A program made the translations under genes and the position numbers. From assembly GCA_965645245.1 (NCBI GenBank), contig OZ287077.1:1860001-1924000 (forward strand): 64,000 bases of DNA. The letters run 5' to 3'. The notes beneath the pieces are model-generated. The model did not search any database. It was not told where the DNA came from and saw only the letters and a program-made list of their open reading frames with translations. This DNA is from Massalongia carnosa (lineage: Eukaryota). Positions 1 to 9,166 of this stretch are shown piece after piece (within the stretch, counting starts at the first letter, position 1; every line of letters begins with the position of its first letter).

Positions 1-402
1 TAGCGGGGAGACGGAGGTGGTGCCGGTTGCTACGATCAGGGTGGAGTAGGTGACCGAGGTGGTGGTCGAGGGCGCGAGGGGGTGGATGGTCACCGTCTTC
101 CGCTCTTCGTCCACCCCGGTGGCGGAGCCCAGAAGCAGAGTGAATCGATCAGCAGGGTAGTCTTTGAAGCCATCGGCAATGGGAATGAAAGTTTTGGACA
201 GCGGGATGAGATCCGGGCTGACTAGGCTACGCGGAGCGCTGATCTTCCAGAAGAAGTGCGTCGAGGTCGAGAGTAGCGTCAGTTTATAGGTGGTGGATTT
301 GTCCTTGGCTTCCAAGGCGGGGATGGTGTGTTTGAGGAGGTAGTGAGCCGTACTGATGCCAGCAAAGCTACTTCCCAGAATCACAATGTCATGGACGGTC
401 AT
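1..402 (-). CDS. AIF/AMID-like FAD-dependent pyridine nucleotide-disulfide oxidoreductase (5' part; continues past window start)
   Basis: Manual translation from ATG at 402 is open to position 1: MTVHDIVILGSSFAGISTAHYLLKH...FFWKISAPRSLV...YSTLIVATGTTS. It has an N-terminal Rossmann-type FAD motif and the 'LIVATG' motif. Not present in the ORF track. Confidence 0.85.
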   Translation of the reverse strand, partial: MTVHDIVILGSSFAGISTAHYLLKHTIPALEAKDKSTTYKLTLLSTSTHFFWKISAPRSLVSPDLIPLSKTFIPIADGFKDYPADRFTLLLGSATGVDEERKTVTIHPLAPSTTTSVTYSTLIVATGTTSVSPL

Positions 403-999
403 TGTGTGGAGTGAATATCGACCTGATGAAGAAGCAACGCGGGAAGGGAGCGGAGGGCCAACAGGACAGGCGTGAAGAGACGATGGCTAGTTGGATGAAC
501 GGTGGATGGGGAGTAAATGAGGAAGAGATGAGCAAACGGATTGGGTGTTTGGGGTACTTATTGATTCCTGAGTCTGTGTCTTGGACTCTGTTCTGGAGTA
601 TGGAGTACGGAGTATGTACTTTCTGTACAGTAATCAAACGAGCTAGCGAATACGGCATCGAGGGATGATCGAGGGATGAAGCATTGTATGCTTGGTCATC
701 ATCACGTAAAACGCTGGAAATCTCTACAGAGTGCGATTCCGTTGATTCCGTTAGGGCTAAACGGTGAAATGGTGATAAAGTGGAATCGCTAGTTCCCACA
801 TCCCCCCCTGTCACACATCTGATTGCGGTTAAACCCTCCTTTCACGGACCTTACTCGACTTTACCCCATTCGGCCGTTCTCAGTCATCCACCCCAACCCT
901 TCGGCTTGCCACTCCAGTCTTCGGCGCGAACATAAAGCCGAAACATCAAATCCTCCTTTACAACGGTAATCGTCGGCCTCGCTTAGCTGCCTCTAGTCG

Positions 1000-3900
1000 G
1001 GAGCTTCTATACCTCAGACGTTTTCTATTTTTCATACCACGTAGCTCCCGCAACACCATTAGTCAGCCCCATTTGCTTACTTACATCACCTGGCTTATGT
1101 TCAATGAACTTGGCTTATGTTCAATGAACATACACTATTCAACCCCACATAAGTATAGTAAATTTCTCGCTGCTTAGATGAGAAACCCCCCCCCCCGGTG
1201 CCAGCATAAAAAATTTCCCCCCGGCGCCAACATAGGAAATTCCCCCCGGCGCCACATAGAAAATTCCCCCCTTAGTCATCATTTACATCTCGTCACCGCT
1301 TCCAAAACCCCCCCTTCGCCGCCTCATCTTTCAGCTCTTACAAGGCCTCCTCCACCCCCTGTCTTCTGATTGGGCCAGTCAATTTCTCCAGCCAGCCAAG
1401 CCATCTCTCTATTTGAGGATTTCTTTCCTCAGCTGTCCAATCAGCGGTGTGTTCCATAACCTCGTAGAATTTCTCTTTTATAGTGTCTAGAACCTCCCTC
1501 ATCTGCAGCATATGACGATCAGGTTCCTCGATATCTTCGTGACGTTCAATATTCAGTCTAGCCGACGTTTCATACACCTCAAAGCCGCTATCTTCAAACA
1601 TCTCAGCCCAAGCCAACCAATCGGACTCCTGAAACGTCTCGAAAACGATGTGATAATGCCATAGATGCCTGCATGGAAGTTGATATTGTCGATAAAATAA
1701 ACAATCTACAGGAGATGTCAGCTCATCTGGCATTTCACCTGCCGGTGCTTCACCGTCTTTAGCAGCTAGCTTCCATTGATCAACTATAAGCTTTTGTCAG
1801 ATAGATGATGATGGGCGAAGACCTTGCTTGCTACTACAGAAAAGGGAGATGACTATATACAGAGTGACAGGGCTGAGGGCCGAGCTCGCTTAGTAATGGC
1901 CACTTTGACAGCTTTTGCACTGGAAAGGGAAATTTTCGTAGATGAGGGCATTCCTGGCATTCGGCCGTGCTAGTAGTACGAAAGCTAGCTTTTTCAGCGC
2001 GAGCTCTATTTTCCCATTGATCCCCTACGCGAAGCACATGATTTGCAGCCCCCGTCAACGAAAAAGGCATGAAATCCGCTTTACCTATCATACTAATTAA
2101 TGTGGCGAATGAAGCTTCAAAAATATGACGATCTCACCATCTGCATGCTTTTTGATGGATGCATGCCAAGATTCAACCGGATTAGTGGTCATGCATTGCA
2201 TCAATAAGCATGAATGCTGACGGGCATAATTAGCCCATTGAGACTTAGTCAACATCCATTCTCGTTCTATATAGACGTCTTTCTTCAAGGGCTGCTTTTA
2301 AAGCTTTTTTGATACTGTCATCGCATCCGAGCTCGGTTTTCCTGAAATATAGAGCATCATATAGATGCTTCTGGCATTTTGACATCTGGCACCACTAAGT
2401 TTTCGATTCAACGTACGCTCTGAATGGGTGCGACAAAGAAAATGTGAAACCTCCATCTCCCCTGCTATCAGGCCTTGAAAGGCAAGGCTGACGCCTCGTT
2501 GCTCGGCTGCAGAATCATCGGTGATGATGTAACGAAGCCTCCATACCCTAGACCATTGTTTGATTTGACGAAGAAATTCTCCAATGATATCACCGTCTTC
2601 GTTGCTAGCTAGCATATGAGCTCCAGGAATCCAGCTTCCATATTTGTCGCGAATCATCAGGGTAAATAATTTCCATTTCAGATGATTAGTATTATGAGTG
2701 CTATCCATCAAAGTCAAATGACCACGTTTCATCAAAATTTTCAATCTAGACCTTTTTGCAAATGCTATAGCGTATGATTTTTCTCTATCAACTGCACGAC
2801 TTATTTCAAGCTTTGCAGCTAAAACGTCTTCGCCCAATACTTGCAAAGCATCAAAACAATCCTTCAATTGATCAACCCAGGCCTCTTTAGCCCCAATACT
2901 CGTGCATCAGGATGCGCTTTTTTGAAATCAATGCTAGCATTGTGAACGGCCTTGAGGTTAAAATGCGAGCCCCCTACGTCTTTCAAAGTTTCAGAATTTC
3001 CCAGCCATTTGATGCCTTGCATATTTCGATTGACGACGGCCGGGGTGTATCCTTTTGCCACCTCTTTGCCTGCAGTGAGTTTGATTGCGGAGTTGATTTT
3101 GATACCATCTAAATATTCCAAAGTATTGTGGTGGGGCGACATGTGTCATCTATGGTCAGGTGACATGGCAGGCCTGTGTGGGGATAAAACGGGTTTTTTG
3201 CTGGCGTTTTCTTCATCATCTCCGTACATCATCTTCTATCACCTACGCTGTCATCATCATCGTCGTGTCACGTAGTCATCGACACACGTTCATTTCGTGC
3301 ATCAACTAGTCGTTCAGTCGTTCAGTCGTCGAGTTCTTTTCATGTCTATGCAGTCGTAGGTCCATTCAAACGTTTGTGTGTGTGTGTTCACTGCTCAGTT
3401 CGCCATCTATCATCACGTACCACCACCTTCCATTAGCACGCACGACTACCCTTCTTCAGTATGATTGTGCTCCTGCTGATCAAGCTTTTTTTCTGCATAT
3501 GCATATAGCCTCACCGTTAGCAGATTATCTGCGTCATCAAATTTTTTCAACATAGCTAATTTTTTGCTGCAGGAAGAAGTTATTCTTAGACGTTTAGCTC
3601 GAATTCCATGTCCCTCGGATTTTTTTTAGACGTCATTTTTCCATAGCCTACAGTACCAATAGGATTTTTGAATTCGTTTCTTCGTCATCGCCCCTGTATG
3701 ATTATGCACCCAGATGTTGTCCACAAACGGCCAGAATTGTGCATATTCATCCGCCGTCCAAATCAACTCTGCATGCAGCTGAAATGCTTGCTGACGAATC
3801 AATAACAGATTAGGTGGAAGAGACAACAAGGTGGAAAGCGGAAGCGGAGCGGAGGAAGCTGGTCCTCGGGCGACAGTCAGTTGACTGTTGACGTCTTGAT

Positions 3901-4145
3901 TGACGGCGTCTTGACTATCAACGTCGCTTTCGGGTTTGGTGGCATCGAAATATGTAGACATGTTGAATAACTTCAAAAGTTGGAGACAGCGAGGTATGAT
4001 TATTGAAGACGGTGAGATGGGGAGACGCGTCCCATGTTTACATCAATATTTAGTTTTAGCCCTTAGGAGGTTAGGGGGCTGACTAATTATGCAGCGGGAG
4101 CTATGTGGTATGAAATTTAAAAAACGTCTGACGTTTAGAAGTCCC
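1000..4145 (-). mobile_element. Mutator (MULE) DNA transposon
   Basis: ~70-bp imperfect terminal inverted repeats (TIRs) at 1000-1070 (GGAGCTTCTATACCTCAGACG...AGTCAGCCCC) and ~4075-4145. Direct repeat CCTCTAGTCG flanks both sides (990-999, 4146-4155). Internal MULE transposase fragments. Confidence 0.92.
1338..3961 (-). pseudogene. MULE transposase, disrupted by stops/frameshifts
   Basis: ORF pieces carry a WRKY/GCM-like module (YWYCRLWK...C...HNH), the MULE core (LMDSTHNTN; IITDDSAAE; FLCRTH; TTNPVESWH) and a SWIM Zn finger (CLFYRQYQLPCRHLWH). Confidence 0.88.
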
Positions 4146-4151
4146 CCTCTA

Positions 4152-5893
4152 GTCGGGGAAAGCGGTCTGCGTAGGCAAGCGATCTGCGTAGCAGGATTTG
4201 TCCAAATTCACAACCTATTTTGCAGCTTTTTGCACCACTTCTCGACCGCAACCTACGACCGTTGACTGTTATTATTCATACCATAGATAGATATTAACTG
4301 CACATCCTAACTACTCATTGATTAACCGGGATAGTCACCTTTATTCAATCGCGACCGCATCAGTTGCATGCCTCCTATTTCGTCAATCACTCTCTCCCTA
4401 TTTCATCAACCGCTCCCCACCTCAATCATGAATAGCAGCAGCGTCATGAATAAGAACCTTATTAAAACCAGTGATTCTATTGCAACGCGCGTGCAAAATG
4501 CTAAGCAGTTTTTATTAGAAAACCCCAAGGAGAGCATCGTTTGCGCTGCTCGAATCTTCAACCTCGCCGAGACCACTCTTTACAGTTCAATTGAACGTGA
4601 AAAGACGCCGCCGAAGAAAATTGGAGGGCAGAACAAAATACTGGAGGAGCATCAGGTCAGAGCCATTCACGAATTCATTCGATCTCTGATTGCGTATGGC
4701 ATTCAACCTACTCATAAAGTGGTTTTTGCTGCCATTAAGACTCTGAAACGTGCTCAAGATGCCGAATTCAATGGTCCAAGTCCGCGGTGGTTTAGGCAAT
4801 GGTGGAAAGACAATGGCCTGCACAAGATAAAGACCAAGCCGCTGGCAGTTGTTCGATATACTGCGGCTCAGGAGTCAGATGTGAGATCATGGTTTGATCG
4901 ATATCAGCGGGTTCTTGCAGAGTTGGGGATAACTCGTTCACAAGATATCTGGAACTTTGATGAAGCAGGATTTCGAGTTGGGTGTATGAAGGGTCATGAA
5001 ATTCTAGTTCCATCAGATATTAAGGAGTTCTATTCGATCAGTCCAGAAAATCGCAAATCTCTCACCATAATCGAAAGCATCAACGCCGCCGGTCATCAAC
5101 CACCCCCCCTCGTTTTAATCATGCAAGGTCGTAGAATAATGTAGAACTGGTTCTAAGAAGGGCTGCCCACGGGGACTCTGGTCCAAGTATCAGAAAGTGG
5201 GTTCATCACCGATGAAATAGCCATTGAATTTTTGAAGCATTTCATTGCGAATACAAACTCGGGGCCTACAAAGCAGTGGAAATTGATGCTCATGGATAAT
5301 CATGGGACTCGTTGCACCCCTGAGTTTATAAAGCTTGCCAATGAAAATCACATTCGCCCTCTCCCCCTGATACCACATCTGACTCATTGTATGCAACCCC
5401 TTGATGTGGGTGTATTTCAACCCTATAAGCATTGGCATGATAAGGCTATCCAAGATGTCCTTGCAGAGTTCAACACTGAGAATAATGAGAATGATGAGGG
5501 TGATGAGGATGAGCAGTTTAACTTTTATCAAGGGGGCTATCGTCAGACTAGGAGTTACTATTAGAACGCGCAATTAATATATATCTACTTATTAATAATA
5601 TTTGCAAATGAGGTTGAAAATAAAGCAAATGGAGGTTGCAAATCATGATGAGACGGCGTTGCAAATGAGTTGTAAATAGGTGATAAAACTGGTGAAATTG
5701 GAAAAATATAATGCATTCCCGGTTGATAAATGAGCAGTTAGGATGTGCAGTTGACATCTATCTATGGTATGAACAATAATAGCTAATGGTCGTAGGTTGC
5801 GGTCGAGAAGTGTCGCAAAAAGCTGCAAAATAGGTGGTAAACTGAAATTGAAACTACGCAGATCGCTTGCCTACGCAGACCGCTTTCCCCGAC
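4152..5893 (+). mobile_element. Fot1/pogo-family (Tc1/mariner superfamily) DNA transposon
   Basis: TA on both flanks (4150-4151, 5894-5895). Perfect 40-bp TIR (4152-4191 / 5854-5893) plus ~118-bp inner inverted arms (4213-4331 / 5717-5835). Transposase inside. Confidence 0.93.
4428..5564 (+). pseudogene. Fot1/pogo DDD transposase with two in-frame stops and a probably truncated C-terminus
   Basis: HTH region (AARIFNLAETTL; GPSPRWFRQW) and catalytic motifs WNFDEAG, MDNHG, QPLDVGVF with D35D spacing. TAG at 5142-5144 and TAA at 5154-5156 interrupt one continuous frame. Confidence 0.92.
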
Positions 5894-6900
5894 TAGAGGT
5901 GGTATTTATTGTATGGAGGCAGCTAAGCGAGGCCGACGATTACTTCGTACTTTCCTATCCAACGTAGAAGCTCCTAAGCGTTTTCAATGTCTCTTGCCTC
6001 CCTTGCCAGAAGAGGGAGCATCCTTCATCCCCCATCAATGCCTAGTAACTGCTCTCATGGCCGATCCCTAAACACCGCTGACGGACGTGTTCATCGAGTC
6101 GAACGAAGCAGACAAAACCACCATCTTTTCTGTTCGAGTTGGCTCTCACATGGGGGTTTTCCGCCAGCGTTGTCATCCTTCGCTCCTTGTTGCTATCAAT
6201 AAAGCAAACGATCACTTGATCCCCAAACGTGAAAGGAGCAGACTATCGGTCGCTCCCTAAGATGTTAAGTAGCATAACCTTGCCGCTGCCGCGTCGCTAT
6301 AGCCATTCTATCGTCTTCCGTTAATTCTGTTTTATTTTACAGTATCACCTAGTTTTTGATGTTGTTGCATTTGTTCTTTCTCATCTTGTTTGAATTGCTT
6401 TGATCGATCTGAGCATCGTGCTGTTTGGTGCCTCGTGGTAGTGCCTCGCTCTAGGTTTCCATTAGCCTTGACATTGAAAAGAGAGAGCACCTCGTGTCGT
6501 CAGTGCTTTGCGTTGTCTTCAGTATGGATCAGACAGATGCATACCGAATTAGCGGTTTACCAGTCGGTTTATCACAAGCAGTTTAATGACCAATGCCGTG
6601 CTGGCTCACTCGCTAGCTGGATGATTAGATGAAGGTAGGAAAAACGTAGGCAGGAAGGCTAGCGCCTTGTGGGATGGAAATACTCCGAAACGAAGGGGAA
6701 TGATAAAGAAAGATAAAAACACCGATAAATGCTGTGCCTCGCTAATCAACACTTTCCAAGTTGCCATCTCCCTTGCTCAACTACAGGCCAACACCTCACG
6801 CCTCGCCATCCAGCCTCTCTATTAGATCCCGCCTCCTGGCTTCCGACATTTCACCATCTGATCTTCAAGCCATTTCATCCAAACTGTCCTCCTCTCTCCC

Positions 6901-7624
6901 TTGTCACAACTTGAACAACCCCGTCCGCCACTCAATCAGCCAGCCTTTCCACCCTCCTCAAATGCCGAAAGATGTTCCCTCCACCCACCCCCAACGAAAC
7001 AGGAGGAGAAAAATGCCCGACGCAAGGCCCGAGGCAAGGCCCGACGCAAAGCCCAACGTGCGTTGAAGAAGCGCGCGCAACCAGGCTATAATGGTAAGTC
7101 CCTTCTTCGCCTCCCCTCCCCCCGATCCCTTTCCTCCCTCCCTTGTACCAAACCAAAACTAGAAAACGCCATCATCCCCCGTGTCCTAACCGCCCAACTC
7201 ACAAACCGGCGCCGGACGCACCTGCAGCAAATAATCTCCCTCCCCCTAACCGCGCCTGAACGCATGGGTCTTACGCCCCGCGGGGGCGAACAGCTTACTC
7301 GGTACTTCAGAAAGCGCGTGCCCAACGCGGAGAAGCCGCGGCAGGGAGAGATGGAGGAGAGTGCTGGCCGTGCTGTTGGAAGAGGGACTTGCGGAGTGGG
7401 TAGCGGTGGCGAAGGAGGGGAAATTGGGGATGGGGGCGCCGGGGGCGCCGGGGGCGGGGGGCGGGGGGCGGGGGGCGGGGAAGCAGGTTGCAAAGACGAT
7501 GACGGTGGGTGAGGGAGAGAGGACAGTGGTTTGGGTTAAGGATAAGGGAGTGGTGGATGGAGGGCCACTGAAGTGCGAGGACGAGCGCTCAGCCCTCGAA
7601 CCCATGACGCCCTTTAATCCATAG
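6901..7624 (+). CDS. Possible hypothetical gene (basic N-terminus, one intron, apparent frameshift)
   Basis: K/R-rich segment, GTAAGT at ~7093 and CTAG at ~7160, then a protein-like continuation in another frame (RERWRRVLAVLLEEGLAEWVAVAK). No family recognised and the start is unclear. Confidence 0.3.
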
Positions 7625-7629
7625 GCAAC

Positions 7630-8900
7630 ATAACCCCCCCCCCCCAAAACAAATACCGCAATCCATTTTACTATCAATCTCTCACAAATCCCAAACTCTC
7701 TCTCTCTCTTCCTCCCTCCTCTCCCCCCTTCTTCATCTAACCTAAATCAAATCAAACCACCTATCTACCTCTAACCCAGCCACCGCCCACGACAAGAAAA
7801 CCTAACCAATCATGGAAAAAGAAAAAAGAAAAAAATCCCGTTCGGTGGGGGGGGGGAGGGGGGGGGGAGTGTAGAGATTTAACAGAAAGAAAGAAAAAAA
7901 GAACAATAGAGGATTGAGGAAGAAAATGATTCCTCTGATATGTATAAATATATATATGCATTTATTTATCTAAATCTTCTTTCTTCGAAGACGAATCAAT
8001 CAATTATTTAATCAATTAATCCTTTCATTCATTCACTCGCTTGGTGATGAATGAATGTATGAATAAGTTCCAAGAAGAAGAAGAAGAAGAAGCAGGAGAA
8101 CTAGAACTGAACCAGACTAACCTAACCTAACCCAACCCAACCCAACCATTCACTTGGGGGGGGGGGGGGGGGGGGGGGTTGAGAAGAAAGAAAGGGTAAG
8201 CCAGATATGTATGTATGTATGTATGTATGGATGGATCGATCCATCCATCCCTTCTTGTCCGTGTCCTTTCTCCTTTCTCCTCTCTCTCCTCTTCCCCCGC
8301 AATCCCCAACCTTTCTCTCTCTCTCGATCCGAACCCCAGCCTCCACGGGGGAAGGAAGATTCCATCAAGAAACGAAACGAAAAGAAACTAAAACACGGCG
8401 AAGCAAAAAACCAACCCCCCCCCCCCCAAAAAAAAGGGAGAGAATAAAATAAGGGAAAAAGGCGCACTTCTGGCCAACCTTCCAGGAACCCATTCCCCCC
8501 TTCCGTCAATTGCCGATGGATGGATGGATGGATGGATGGATGGGGGGAAAGGGGAAAAAAGTGGGGGGGGGGGGTGTTCCGGCTGCAGATGCGAGGATAT
8601 CTCTTTTAAAAAAAAACAATTAATTATGATTTAAGAGGGAGGGAGGACTTAACGAGGGGGGAAGTTCGCAGGGTAGGAGGGCGTTAGATATGTAACTTGG
8701 AAAGAGGGGGAGGGTTTGGATGATGTTAGGGGAATTGTGGTGGGTGAGAAAGCGAGAGAGAGGGGTATTGGAAAATCTGGAGACGAGGTTTGGGGTGTTC
8801 GCAAAAACGAGGATTCGTTTGGAAAACGGTGCGTTTGGGCAGATTAAGGCCATGCTGGCGGGAGATGGATGGGGCGCGAGAAAAAAAAAAAAGGGTATGT
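7630..8900. repeat. Low-complexity tract: poly-G/poly-C/poly-A runs and (GAA)n, (TATG)n, (GATG)n, (CTAAC/CCAAC)n microsatellites
   Basis: For example a G run at ~8156-8178, (GATG)n at 8515-8542 and (GAA)n at ~8075-8092. Confidence 0.85.
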
Positions 8901-9166
8901 ATACGTTATGAAGGAAGTGAAGTATATTTCATGCCATCGTAATCCAGGCGACCCCCCACAAACCACTCGCTGAGAAAACCCCCTCCCCCATAGCCACTCC
9001 TAAAGATGGGGACCCAAAACACTGTCGAAAAAAAAGAAAAAAAAAACCCCTCATGAGTGTGCGTTCCTTTGATCCAGGGCCCCCGCGGATCCCCAAAAAA
9101 ACGCCATAACACCGGAAATCATCCGTCGTCCACATATGGAGAACAGTTGGTCTAGTGAATGTTGAG

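Larger units (their letters stand above)
966..5943. mobile_element. Outer MITE-like hairpin element (~78 bp when empty), split by nested insertions
   Basis: Perfect 28-bp inverted repeat GTAATCGTCGGCCTCGCTTAGCTGCCTC (966-993) / GAGGCAGCTAAGCGAGGCCGACGATTAC (5916-5943). Only 22 bp remain between the arms once the inner elements are removed. No clean target-site duplication (TSD) seen. Confidence 0.65.

Noticed and set aside
8115..8147. CTAAC/CCAAC repeats resembling telomere repeats or a telomerase template
   Set aside because: They are pentamer microsatellites, not CCCTAA arrays, and I saw no full TAACCCTAA template in the window.
7761..9135. Many short ORFs in low-complexity DNA (also at 23.9-24.8, 31-33 and 41.5-43 kb)
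   Set aside because: They are translations of homopolymers and microsatellites with no domain signal.
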